IMG/VR virus record: IMGVR_UViG_3300036833_000473
Span: 1 to 61,383 of that record
DNA: 61,383 nucleotides
Strand: one strand, 5' to 3'
DNA from: a virus
Taxonomy: Duplodnaviria; Caudoviricetes
The notes under the pieces were generated by a model. That model was not told where the DNA came from. It did no database searches and saw nothing but the letters and a program-made list of their open reading frames with translations. This document shows positions 8,702-17,474 of the stretch, in pieces (the stretch's first letter is position 1; every line of letters begins with the position of its first letter). Made by a program: the position numbers and the translations under genes.

Positions 8702-8935
8702 TCATGCCCACGGCCGCCTCCAGTCGGGATGAAACCGCTGCCGGTACGGCTCGCGCACGGTGCGGTTGTAATCGGCCACCGCCTCGTCGTAAGACTCCTG
8801 CGCCGCCTGGTAGGCCTCACCATGATAGTCGCCGCCGGTGTCGCTCCAGATCCACTCCATCTCCAGACGCAGGGCCTCCACCCGCCCGAATGCCAGGAGA
8901 ATGGGATCGCGCCTCATCCAGGGTTCGATCTGCAT
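8702..8935 (-). CDS. Hypothetical protein
   Basis: RBS GAGG; operon position. Confidence 0.55.
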   Translation of the reverse strand: MQIEPWMRRDPILLAFGRVEALRLEMEWIWSDTGGDYHGEAYQAAQESYDEAVADYNRTVREPYRQRFHPDWRRPWA

Positions 8936-8954
8936 TCTTATAGCACCTCAGTCA

Positions 8955-9152
8955 TCAGATCGCAGACCCGCTTATGTTCCCGCTCGCGCTGGATTTTCTC
9001 CCCAACTTTTCATGATCCCTTAGGGCAGTGTTAATCGCGTGAATCAAGAATGCCTGCTGACTTATGTCCAGGTGAAAGCAAATCGTGCGCAGGCGATCAC
9101 GCATGTCTTTATCCATGCGAATCGTCGTCTCGTATCTTTTCCCTGAGCTCAG
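8955..9152 (-). CDS. Arc/RHH-like DNA-binding protein (start uncertain)
   Basis: TTIRMDKDMRDRLRTICFHLDISQQAFLIHAI. Confidence 0.5.
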   Translation of the reverse strand: MSSGKRYETTIRMDKDMRDRLRTICFHLDISQQAFLIHAINTALRDHEKLGRKSSASGNISGSAI

Positions 9153-10075
9153 ACCTTTACCTCGTAGTCGCGCGGCGGCACCTCCCCGCGCGCCTTCGTC
9201 CCGCGCGTGGTCATCGGGGTCCACACCAATTGATGGTACTTCCCGAATAAGCCCGCGCCCTGCCGGTAGTCGCGGAAATGCCCGCGGCAGATATGAAGCG
9301 CCTTCGCCAGGCCCACCTCGCCACTGCGACCTTCGCGGCGCAGAATCTGCTTCAACGGCTCGATCACCAGCGTCTTGTATTTCACCGGCCAGTGGCCGGT
9401 GCGCTCGTGGTACTTCTTGGCAAGCGGCAGAGGCATGCGCTCGTCCTGCTGCACCACGTTGTGGCAGTGCAAAAACGAGATGGCGAGCAAGGACGGGTGC
9501 AGCCACGTCATGAGCGCTTTCATCAGCCCTTCCTCTTGCGGAGTCGCCCAGCTGTGCATGGAAGGCGCGCCGAGCAGTGCGCCGGCCTCATCGATCGCCG
9601 TGGCGATGGTGCCGTGCGGCCCCTGAATGGCCGCGCCATGTTGGCCGTAGTCCACGAACAGCTCGGCGACCATCACCCAGTGCGCGCCCGCTGGAATGTC
9701 CTCGCCGACCGCGTCTTTCGCAAGACCGGCCAGGAACAGCACGCCTATGCGGCCCCTGGAGATGCCCAGGTGGCTGATGTCGCTGTCGCCGCACTGCTTG
9801 CTGTGGATGCGCGTGGCGAGCTTGTGCTCCATCCAGAACGCTGCGAACGGCGGCGCGATGTTGGGGAAGTCCTTATTGAAGCTCCAGACCTCCTGGTCAC
9901 TAGTCTCATAGTAAAAGCGGGCCACGTTGTCGATCAAGATCACCGGCAGCGGCTCACGCAAGAGCTCGATGGTGCGCCGTGCGTGAGCGCCCCAGTCGCT
10001 CTCGCGGTAGGCAGCCACGAAGCGGGGCATCTCAAGCTTGGGAGCGACGCGTAAGTCGTCGATCAGGCGGGGCAT
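9149..10075 (-). CDS. Hypothetical protein with C-terminal HxxRGH..W.P motif
   Basis: LHICRGHFRDY...LVWTP, resembling the tail of the adjacent AcrVA2-like gene. Confidence 0.75.
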   Translation of the reverse strand: MPRLIDDLRVAPKLEMPRFVAAYRESDWGAHARRTIELLREPLPVILIDNVARFYYETSDQEVWSFNKDFPNIAPPFAAFWMEHKLATRIHSKQCGDSDISHLGISRGRIGVLFLAGLAKDAVGEDIPAGAHWVMVAELFVDYGQHGAAIQGPHGTIATAIDEAGALLGAPSMHSWATPQEEGLMKALMTWLHPSLLAISFLHCHNVVQQDERMPLPLAKKYHERTGHWPVKYKTLVIEPLKQILRREGRSGEVGLAKALHICRGHFRDYRQGAGLFGKYHQLVWTPMTTRGTKARGEVPPRDYEVKV

Positions 10076-10103
10076 TCAAGGCTTCTCCGTTGATGCAGTG
10101 GCA

Positions 10104-11246
10104 TCACATCACCCTGTGGACGGTAGGGATGATCTCACCATCCGGCCCCACAGCTACCGCAATTGGCGGAATCCACTTTACGATCAACTCTCGCGGCGGC
10201 ACTTCCGGCTTGCCGACCGTAGCCTTTGGCCCGGTCCAGAATGAGTGCCAGTGCGCCCGCCGAATGTGTGGCCGCGGACTCGCGTGAGTGCCGCCACCGT
10301 CGCCGCCGTGCCCTATGGCGCTGGCAGCGGCGCGCAACGTAGCGCCGATCCGGAACGCCACCTCCCAGACCTGCGGCGCATCCGAGACGAAGGTGCGTAC
10401 GCCGCCGCGCCTTGTCTTCTTGGTGATCGACTTCCGCAGGCCGCGCAATGGGTCCTGTGCTCTGATTTCTGCGGAGGTGGAGCAAAGATAAACCGCGAGG
10501 CTCAACAGTGGCTCCAATACCTCTCTGACCGACTGCGGCAGAAGCACTCTCTCGCATTCCTCGCGACTTCCAAGGCTTTCCACAAATCTCTCAGAGAACT
10601 GATACCCCGCCGGGTGCTTGGCGCGAATCTTAGCGTCCATCGCTGTCAGGCACTGGAGTAAATCGCTGCCCTCGCGAAGCTCAAGCGTGTAGGGCGCAAG
10701 CCCAATGCGATCAGCGTTGATGCGATCAACAGAGCCAAAGTCTAAAGCCATCATGAGCGCTGGGCCTTCGCCGGAATGATTCATGTGAGCGAAGAAACCG
10801 TATGCTTCTTGGCCGGGGTGGTCGCTGGACCGTAGAAGGCGCGGCTCGGGAAACGCCACATAGACGCACCAAGCAGGCAGCCGGTGTAATACGTCGATGG
10901 GGAGCTTGCCTTCGATTGGAGTTTTCCACAATTCTTTGAAGACTGTCTCATCGAAAATGTAGATGTCTTTGGTGATGCGCCAACTGCCAAGGGTGGCGAG
11001 GAAAGCGCCTTCCATGTTCAGGAAGCCGAAGTCTCGCGCGCCGCCAAGAGCAATAATTCCCTTAGCGCCGCCCCACGGCAAATAGCACCACGGCGGCCAC
11101 TCGAAACGTTTACTTATCTCGTCGCGGTTGGCGCGCAACCTGTCCACATGCTTCCAGACGCCGGGATAGCGTTGCGCAAATGCGGTCACCAATTTCACCG
11201 GCCGCCTGACCCTTTCTTCAGTCGATTCCAAAGGCCATTTGGTCAT
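10104..11246 (-). CDS. AcrVA2/FinQ-family protein (anti-CRISPR-like)
   Basis: GSWRITKDIYIFDE, LPAWCVYV, YLCS, WEVAFRIG, PRPHIRRAHWHSFWTG, KWIPPIAV in the order recalled for AcrVA2. Confidence 0.78.
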   Translation of the reverse strand: MTKWPLESTEERVRRPVKLVTAFAQRYPGVWKHVDRLRANRDEISKRFEWPPWCYLPWGGAKGIIALGGARDFGFLNMEGAFLATLGSWRITKDIYIFDETVFKELWKTPIEGKLPIDVLHRLPAWCVYVAFPEPRLLRSSDHPGQEAYGFFAHMNHSGEGPALMMALDFGSVDRINADRIGLAPYTLELREGSDLLQCLTAMDAKIRAKHPAGYQFSERFVESLGSREECERVLLPQSVREVLEPLLSLAVYLCSTSAEIRAQDPLRGLRKSITKKTRRGGVRTFVSDAPQVWEVAFRIGATLRAAASAIGHGGDGGGTHASPRPHIRRAHWHSFWTGPKATVGKPEVPPRELIVKWIPPIAVAVGPDGEIIPTVHRVM

Positions 11247-11466
11247 GCGGCGCGCCTCGCTCCTGCGACAAGTCGCAGATCTCCTCAAAGGTTAAAAGCT
11301 TCTGGACGTCCGCGCCCTGCGCCAGGGTGTTGCGGAAGGCCTGATACTCGCTCTCGCGCATCACCAGCTCGCCGGTCAGGGCGAAGCTCACCAGATCATC
11401 GGAGACGTAGACCCTCGCGTGGACATGGCTACCCAACCGTTTGGAATGGATGCGTAGCCCGATCAC
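11218..11466 (-). CDS. Hypothetical protein
   Basis: GTGA overlap with upstream small ORF. Confidence 0.55.
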   Translation of the reverse strand: MIGLRIHSKRLGSHVHARVYVSDDLVSFALTGELVMRESEYQAFRNTLAQGADVQKLLTFEEICDLSQERGAPHDQMAFGID

Positions 11467-11615
11467 GCCGCACCCCGCATGGGAAGCCCGCGGCGCCGCA
11501 GGCAGGCCCAGCAAGCATAGTGCTCCATCCAGGCCTGGATGGCGTAATCCCACACCAGCACCAGATGCAGATGCGCGTGGTCGAGGGCCAGGTGGCAGTC
11601 GAAGCACGAGCGCAT
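11463..11615 (-). CDS. 50-aa Cys/His peptide (not in ORF track)
   Basis: MRSCFDC...CWAC...MRGAA; TAATG and GTGA couplings. Confidence 0.5.
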   Translation of the reverse strand: MRSCFDCHLALDHAHLHLVLVWDYAIQAWMEHYACWACLRRRGLPMRGAA

Positions 11616-11947
11616 TACGCCGCTCCTCGCATAGCAATCACCTTGCCTTTGCGCTTCAACGGGTCGGCGATCCCGTACGCGATCGGGTCGAAGTAAGCCG
11701 TCAGATGCAGAGTCGGGTTCTTGCGCCAGATCTCGGTACTCAGGAAGTCATAATACGAGTTGCGGCCCTCGCGGGTAATGTGAAAGCCTTTGCCGGGGCG
11801 GTAGCTGACGTACTTGCGGATCAGCATGGAACGGAAGGGCCGCTGGTCGAAGCGCCCGGCTTCCTCGAGGCTCATGAAGAAGTCCGTCGGCTGCTCGCCG
11901 AAAGCTTTCAGCATGGTGTATTGCAGGTTGGACAGTTTGATGGTCAT
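11615..11947 (-). CDS. Hypothetical protein, wHTH-like
   Basis: GFHITREGR motif; ATGA overlap. Confidence 0.6.
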   Translation of the reverse strand: MTIKLSNLQYTMLKAFGEQPTDFFMSLEEAGRFDQRPFRSMLIRKYVSYRPGKGFHITREGRNSYYDFLSTEIWRKNPTLHLTAYFDPIAYGIADPLKRKGKVIAMRGAA

Positions 11948-12342
11948 GCGGCCGGCCTCTCTTTCATTTTTGCCTGTCTGCCTGCCAGCATTTTCGCCAG
12001 CCGCTCCTTTCGTTTGCGCGGCGACATCGCAGCCCATTCTTTTTGACGCTGGCGGCCAAGGGCGGTACTCTGGACCGACGTGCGTGGTTTGGCCTCGCCG
12101 CGCGCGACCGCCATGCGCCGCCTCATCTCCGTGCTGCGCTCCTCGGGCGTCAGAGACGCCCAGCTCGCGCCGCCGCGCGGGCTTTTGGGTTCAGGCTGCG
12201 CGCCGCTCTCCTGTACGTGGGCCAGCAGGGCGCGCATTTCGTCCAGCTTGGCCTGCATGACCTCAATGGTGTACTGCATGCCGGGCAGCAGGGCGGCGAC
12301 GCCCATGGCCGCGTAGCGGTTCTGTTCGGGGTTGACCTTCAT
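11944..12342 (-). CDS. Basic hypothetical protein
   Basis: Two WAxLT/MSP.ER-type repeats; RBS AAGGA; TATAAT upstream. Confidence 0.65.
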   Translation of the reverse strand: MKVNPEQNRYAAMGVAALLPGMQYTIEVMQAKLDEMRALLAHVQESGAQPEPKSPRGGASWASLTPEERSTEMRRRMAVARGEAKPRTSVQSTALGRQRQKEWAAMSPRKRKERLAKMLAGRQAKMKERPAA

Positions 12343-12504
12343 CGCATTTCCTTCGCACTCCTTTTCCAACCCGAGCCTAAAACGGGTTTCGAAGCTTTCG
12401 AAGGCCATTATACGCATTCCGGGAAATAAAGCGACAGGAAATTCAAGTTTTAAGAATATTTGAATTCAGGCAGGGGTATTTAACCGGACAACCGGACAAT
12501 CGGT

Positions 12505-12786
12505 TCAGCGCGGCAGCATGGCCACGCTGGCTGTGCCGGCCTGGTCGCTAGCGACCCAGACACCGGAGCTCACGTCAGTGCCGCCCATGACAGGAAGGGT
12601 GATCGTCTGGCCGGTGGCCAGCGCGAAGCTGGTGGCGTTGGCGCCCACCGTATTGGCGTTCGAGATATAGAGGTGCCCCGGGCCGTCGTTATAGATCTCG
12701 AAGAAGTAGTGCGCCGTGCCCGGCGGGAGCAGCTGCACGGGCGTGGTGGCCACCAGGGTGACGGTATTGTAAAGACCGAGCGTCAT
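12505..12786 (-). CDS. Small beta-rich virion-like protein
   Basis: T/V/G-rich strands. Confidence 0.65.
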   Translation of the reverse strand: MTLGLYNTVTLVATTPVQLLPPGTAHYFFEIYNDGPGHLYISNANTVGANATSFALATGQTITLPVMGGTDVSSGVWVASDQAGTASVAMLPR

Positions 12787-12789
12787 GAC

Positions 12790-13314
12790 TCAACTCCACT
12801 GCAGCGCGCAGCGCATGAACAGCAATATGAGCAGGGCGCTCCCGGCGGTATTGCCGTAGCCGGTCACGGTCAGCCATGCCTGGAACGGGTTGGGGTCGAT
12901 TTCAAACGGCAGCGTGCCGGTTACCGGGACGATCCCGGTGGTGTGGATTGCACCAAAGCCGTCGGCGGCCAGAATGTCGTTGCGGCCGCTCCCGGTGCCC
13001 AGCTGGAACGACGTGTCCTGCGTGCCGCCGGCGAAGCTCGCGTAGACCATGTTCACCGCCCACAGGAGCACGCTCTCCCTCGGGAACTGCATCGGCAAAG
13101 AAAAGCTGCCCATGGTGTAATCGACGAGCAGCGGGAGAGAGAGCAGCGCCGCCCCGGGCACGTAAGGATCGCTCTGGCGCCCGCAGACGAGGGGGCCAGG
13201 AAAGCGCGTGGCCCGCTGACCGGCGGAGAGAATGATCTGGTTGATGCTGGTCGGCGTGTAGCCGAGCAGAGGTGGGTTACTAGCCAGTTCGGCCGGAATG
13301 GGCGGAGCGCTCAA
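12790..13314 (-). CDS. Putative capsid decoration-like protein
   Basis: TTG start after AAAGGAG; TATAAT at 13343-13348; similar to 51766-52386. Confidence 0.6.
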   Translation of the reverse strand: MSAPPIPAELASNPPLLGYTPTSINQIILSAGQRATRFPGPLVCGRQSDPYVPGAALLSLPLLVDYTMGSFSLPMQFPRESVLLWAVNMVYASFAGGTQDTSFQLGTGSGRNDILAADGFGAIHTTGIVPVTGTLPFEIDPNPFQAWLTVTGYGNTAGSALLILLFMRCALQWS

Positions 13315-13459
13315 GAGTGTCTCCTTTGTCCTTTGCCTAGCGATTATACCGCGGCGGATAAAAATGGGTGCGGAAATGGCTTGCGCCGCCGGGGAGAAAG
13401 GTCGCCAAAGCCCGGCGGCGCAAGAGAATCGAAAAGGGGCTGTCCAAATCTGTCTGAAT

Positions 13460-13651
13460 TCAGTGTAGCGCTTCCGCCATGCACAAATGCCCGCGCTTGG
13501 CGGCGAGCCAGCGCGTATAGCGGCCACAGGGGCAGCGGTCCGGCAGGCGCGGACGGCCGGCGCCGGCACCACTACCGGGCTGCTGACGCGCCTGGCGCGC
13601 CCAACTCTGGCGCTGGCGCTCGGTGGTGCCGGTCCAGCGGGTGCGCTTCAT
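13460..13651 (-). CDS. Hypothetical protein
   Basis: CPCG..HLC; coupled to upstream ORF. Confidence 0.5.
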   Translation of the reverse strand: MKRTRWTGTTERQRQSWARQARQQPGSGAGAGRPRLPDRCPCGRYTRWLAAKRGHLCMAEALH

Positions 13652-13806
13652 AGCGTGTCCTCACAGGCTTCACACCGCACTGGCCGGCCGAGGTAAAGCT
13701 GCCGGGCCTTCAGCTCGGCCGCGGTCACGGTGAACTTGTGCGTGCAGGCGAGCGTAACCAGCCAGTAGGTGCCGAAGCGGTGCATGGCGGTGATGGGGGA
13801 TTTCAT
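13648..13806 (-). CDS. 52-aa Zn-ribbon-like protein (not in ORF track)
   Basis: RBS GGAGG; LACTH...CEAC. Confidence 0.55.
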   Translation of the reverse strand: MKSPITAMHRFGTYWLVTLACTHKFTVTAAELKARQLYLGRPVRCEACEDTL

Positions 13807-13848
13807 GGTTTTACCTCCTAATGCGTGCCGGGGTTGTGAACCGGCCCT

Positions 13849-13873
13849 CCCGCATTACCCCCGCTAATGCGGG
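13849..13873. terminator. Intergenic hairpin
   Basis: CCCGCATTA / TAATGCGGG inverted repeat, no clear U-tract. Confidence 0.35.
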
Positions 13874-13886
13874 GTCACTCTGCGAT

Positions 13887-14075
13887 TTAGTTGTTGAATT
13901 TGATTTGCTGGTCGCGCACCTTATCCGAGTCGCGCAACAACATGAAGTGCTGAATTTCCCCCGCCAGTTGCGCCACCCGGACAGCCCAGAACGCCGTCTG
14001 TGTAGCCTTCAGGCGCTCCATGGCCTTCTCGAGCTCCGCCATCCGCGACTGGATTCTCCTTTCGTTCCACGTCAT
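13887..14075 (-). CDS. Hypothetical protein
   Basis: ATGA overlap. Confidence 0.55.
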   Translation of the reverse strand: MTWNERRIQSRMAELEKAMERLKATQTAFWAVRVAQLAGEIQHFMLLRDSDKVRDQQIKFNN

Positions 14076-14374
14076 TGCGCCACCCCGTCATGCGGCAGGC
14101 GCCGGCCGTCTGCATCATGGCCGATGCCGAACAAGGGGCAGCTGTGGCGCGAGTGCTCGCCGGTCAGGCACTGGTACACGCCCTCGCGCACGAACTGCAT
14201 GGGCTGCCGGCAGCTGGGGCAGGTGGGCGGCGGTTGCCGAACGAACGTGTCACCGGGCCGGCTGCGCGGGGACATGCAGAACGCTGCCGAATTGCCGCTG
14301 GCAGGCCGGTGGTTCGCATGAGCCTCGCCGCACATGGCGCATTCCTCGAACTGATCTTTAGTCTGGTCGGTCAT
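14072..14374 (-). CDS. Cys-rich hypothetical protein
   Basis: RBS AAGGAG; CAMC, CPSC. Confidence 0.55.
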   Translation of the reverse strand: MTDQTKDQFEECAMCGEAHANHRPASGNSAAFCMSPRSRPGDTFVRQPPPTCPSCRQPMQFVREGVYQCLTGEHSRHSCPLFGIGHDADGRRLPHDGVAQ

Positions 14375-14445
14375 AAGTCTCCTTGGGTATCTCCCGTCGC
14401 CATCGCGGCGATTCGGCCGGCCCCCGCCGGCCATCGTCAGGGGAG

Positions 14446-14766
14446 TTAGAAGGGCACGTCGTCGTGGTCATCGACCACTGGTGCCGGCGCGCAACCATGC
14501 ACTGGGTTAGCGTCCAGGTAGCGGTCGAGCGGGGTGCGCAGGTAGCCCACGCCACGCTCCGCGGCCTGCTCGGCCAGGCAGTCGCCGTAGGCCGCCTCAT
14601 CGTCCAGCAGCGCCCCGCGGGCCACTTCCGGCAGGCCGTAGCGGTGCAGCAGGCGCCACAGCTCGCGCGGCGTCAGGTAGCGCGCGGTGAAGGTCATGGC
14701 GTTAGCGCGGCGGAGGGCCGCCTGGCGGGCGGCCTCCTCGGCGGGGGTGGAGGTGAAGTATGTCAT
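14446..14766 (-). CDS. Hypothetical protein
   Basis: RBS AAGGAGG; acidic DDVPF tail. Confidence 0.6.
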   Translation of the reverse strand: MTYFTSTPAEEAARQAALRRANAMTFTARYLTPRELWRLLHRYGLPEVARGALLDDEAAYGDCLAEQAAERGVGYLRTPLDRYLDANPVHGCAPAPVVDDHDDVPF

Positions 14767-14767
14767 G

Positions 14768-15190
14768 TTATTTTGCCTCCTTTTTCAGGCTGCGGCGCAG
14801 GGCCGCGGTCACGTCCTCGATGCTCTGCTCGGTGGCATCCAGCCGGCGCAGGCGCTCTTCCATGGCGGTCAGCCGCGGCAGCAGGTCCACGCGGCCCTGG
14901 GTGGTCAGCGACGGCCAGGCCATCCAGCCAAGCTTGACGCCTTCGGTCAGGTCGCGCCGGCCCATGGCGTTGATCCCGGGGAAGGTCTCACTGGCTTCCT
15001 TCAGCGAGAAGCGCACCAGCCAGGAAGGCCCAAAGCCGTTGCGCACCTGCTGCAGGCTGGCGGTGTCCACGCCAAAGGGGTATATGCCGCTCATCCAGGA
15101 CTCCCTAAGCTGGCTCTTCCAGGTGCGTCCATGAAGGCGCGCGAAGTCTTTGAGCGCCTGTAACTGCTCGGTGGTTGGTGTCTGTGTCAT
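14768..15190 (-). CDS. Hypothetical phage protein
   Basis: HGRTWKSQL..WM...LQQVRNGFGPSWL motif. Confidence 0.7.
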   Translation of the reverse strand: MTQTPTTEQLQALKDFARLHGRTWKSQLRESWMSGIYPFGVDTASLQQVRNGFGPSWLVRFSLKEASETFPGINAMGRRDLTEGVKLGWMAWPSLTTQGRVDLLPRLTAMEERLRRLDATEQSIEDVTAALRRSLKKEAK

Positions 15191-15434
15191 CTTGTGTCCT
15201 TGTTCGTCCGTCTTACTTCCCAAGTTACTAAGACGCGGGTAGATCGCAATTTGTTACATAAGACTTTGAAGGTTTTTTGTAAGTAGGGGTGAAATGCGTT
15301 GTAAGTCTGAGTAAGTAGGCTGGTTAGTTGGTTTCACCCAGGCAGGGCTTGCGAGGGTGAAATGGCGGTGGTAGACTTTCAGGCACCCAAATGATCCCAA
15401 TTTCCCCAAACTGACACACAAGGAGAAACCAATC

Positions 15435-15881
15435 ATGATGCCTCTCGAGTTCGCCCGCGACGAATGCGCCAACTGGGACAAAGGAGCCTGCCTCGGCGTG
15501 AGGGTCGGTTCTTTGGCCTGCCACCCCAAACGGACCGCCAGCGGCCAGAGCCAGACTCTGAACGGCCATCCCCTCAGCGCGCATTCGCTGCCGGAATGCG
15601 TACTGAAGCAGGACCAGAAGTGCGAATATTTCGAGCGCCTGGTGCTGCCCCTGGCCAACCACGGGGACCCGGACTTCCTCGATGCACGCCGGACGTACGA
15701 AAAGATCCATGCACTGGCCGCGATGAAAGCCACGACGTGCGTTTGCGGCCAGTCGAGGGCGCCGCACAAGCGGTTTTGCGTGGAGTGCCGGGACAAGCAT
15801 CGCCGGAAGAGTAACCGTGAAGCCAAGAATCGAGAGCGGCTGTCAGCAGTTAAGGCAAAAAATGACCCTGTAAGTGCCTGA
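15435..15881 (+). CDS. Cys-rich hypothetical protein
   Basis: RBS AAGGAG; CANW, CEYFE, CVCG..CVEC. Confidence 0.7.
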   Translation: MMPLEFARDECANWDKGACLGVRVGSLACHPKRTASGQSQTLNGHPLSAHSLPECVLKQDQKCEYFERLVLPLANHGDPDFLDARRTYEKIHALAAMKATTCVCGQSRAPHKRFCVECRDKHRRKSNREAKNRERLSAVKAKNDPVSA

Positions 15882-15971
15882 AAATAAAGAGGCGGGTTTG
15901 GGCCAAAGGATGGGGGTGCTGTAGTGGTATCAGATTTGCCAAAACAGGGCTTAACTGCTGACTAAACCCGC

Positions 15972-16502
15972 TTATTCAGCCGGCTCGCTTTTCGTGTTTT
16001 CCGTCACAAACGCCTCCGGCTCGGCCGCTTCCTCGGCCACGGCCTCCACGATCGCCGGCTGGGGCGCGGAGAGCGCTTTGCGGTAGAGCTGGCTGAGGTC
16101 GTGGAAGAGCTCGGCACGTGGCGTGTCGCCGGGCAGCGCGATGGCTTCGCGCTTCTCGGCGTAGCTGGTGAGCCAGTCCGAAGCGCGCATGGCAATCACT
16201 TCATCGGCACTTTGCGACAGGCGCACCATGGTGGCGACGGCATGGGCACGGAGCTTGGCGGGGTTCTCTGCATCCGGGAAGATGCGCAGCTGGATGTCTT
16301 CGGCGAGCAGGCGAGATACTTCGGCCTTGACTTTCGGGGACCGTGCGGCACGCTTAGCGTTGGTTTGTATGGATTCACGTTTGCCTTTGTTATTGGGATA
16401 CGCCTTAGCATAGGCTTTCTCTTGAGATAAACCCGACGCCAGGCCAGCGGCAAATACGCGCTGGGAGACCCGCGGGTTTTTCGGTCCTGTTTGTGCTCCC
16501 AT
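15972..16502 (-). CDS. Terminase small subunit-like protein
   Basis: QRVFAAGLASGLSQEKAYAKAYP...AARSPKVKAEV, typical TerS N-terminus. Confidence 0.65.
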   Translation of the reverse strand: MGAQTGPKNPRVSQRVFAAGLASGLSQEKAYAKAYPNNKGKRESIQTNAKRAARSPKVKAEVSRLLAEDIQLRIFPDAENPAKLRAHAVATMVRLSQSADEVIAMRASDWLTSYAEKREAIALPGDTPRAELFHDLSQLYRKALSAPQPAIVEAVAEEAAEPEAFVTENTKSEPAE

Positions 16503-17474
16503 GTGCTAGATCCTAACGCAATTAAGGTCGGGAGGGGTAGTCCCGCCGACCCCCTGATTAACCAGGACAGCCTTGTCCGAAATAGGCATTATCGGATTGA
16601 AGACTCCGATATCCACCATGGCCGTCTGGGTGTTTATAAGGCGCATTCTCGCACCCTAGCCGCGGGAAGCGCAACGCACCTGGTAGAGCGCCATATTGAG
16701 ACCCGCTTCTCCGCAATAGACACCCCAACAGGTTGTGGTCGGCCGATTCCAGGCCGCCGTTTCACCCCTCGAGGAACGTTAAGTGGCTGATAGCACGACA
16801 GTTAACACGCATTGAAGAGTTGACATAATAACGTATTATCGGAAGCCGCGGTATGGTTTCGCACGATTTTGTTTCGGACCGTTTGGTCCGTTTCGTTTTT
16901 TCGCGCCGTTTCCCACGGCCGGCTCGGTAGGCGTTGGGCGTAAGCGTAGACGATGCCTCGAGCCTGCTGGTGCTGCCTGCACGCCTGGAGAGCCCGCCAG
17001 GGCCGCGGCCGCGCACCCCACCGGGTACGGAGCCCCCGCTGCGCGGGAGGCCCTGCGCCGCGGAGCCGGCGCGACTTCCCCAACCACGTCCCACGTCCCA
17101 CGTCCCAAGCCCCAAGCCCCCCCGGTCCTCCCATATATACGGGGGAGACCATTTTCTTCGCAGCACGAAACATAAAATTTTAAAGTCCTACCAGTGCTAC
17201 CAGTCATACCATATGCATATATAAGGCGCGCGTGCGCATTGCGAGCTAAGTTTTGTTTCTTCGCAGTACAAAAAAAAAGAGTTCCCCGTATATATAGGGG
17301 GCCCCCAGGCGCAGAAACGGGGCCCGGCGAGTGTGAAAGTGATGTGCAATTTTTCAGTACTAAAATATACAATTTATAAACCCGTAAAGACGATACGCAA
17401 TTTCTGGGTACCCTGCCCCCCCCGTGGGCAGCCGAAAGGAGAGGTAGGGGTGTAGCGCGGCAGGTTTCTGAAGT

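Noticed and set aside
10627-10660. Repeat-like stretch in the AcrVA2-like gene
   Set aside because: Wrong spacing and lacks the loop GCC
13421-13432. 12-bp match to the spacer at 4444-4469
   Set aside because: PAM-distal part only; expected by chance
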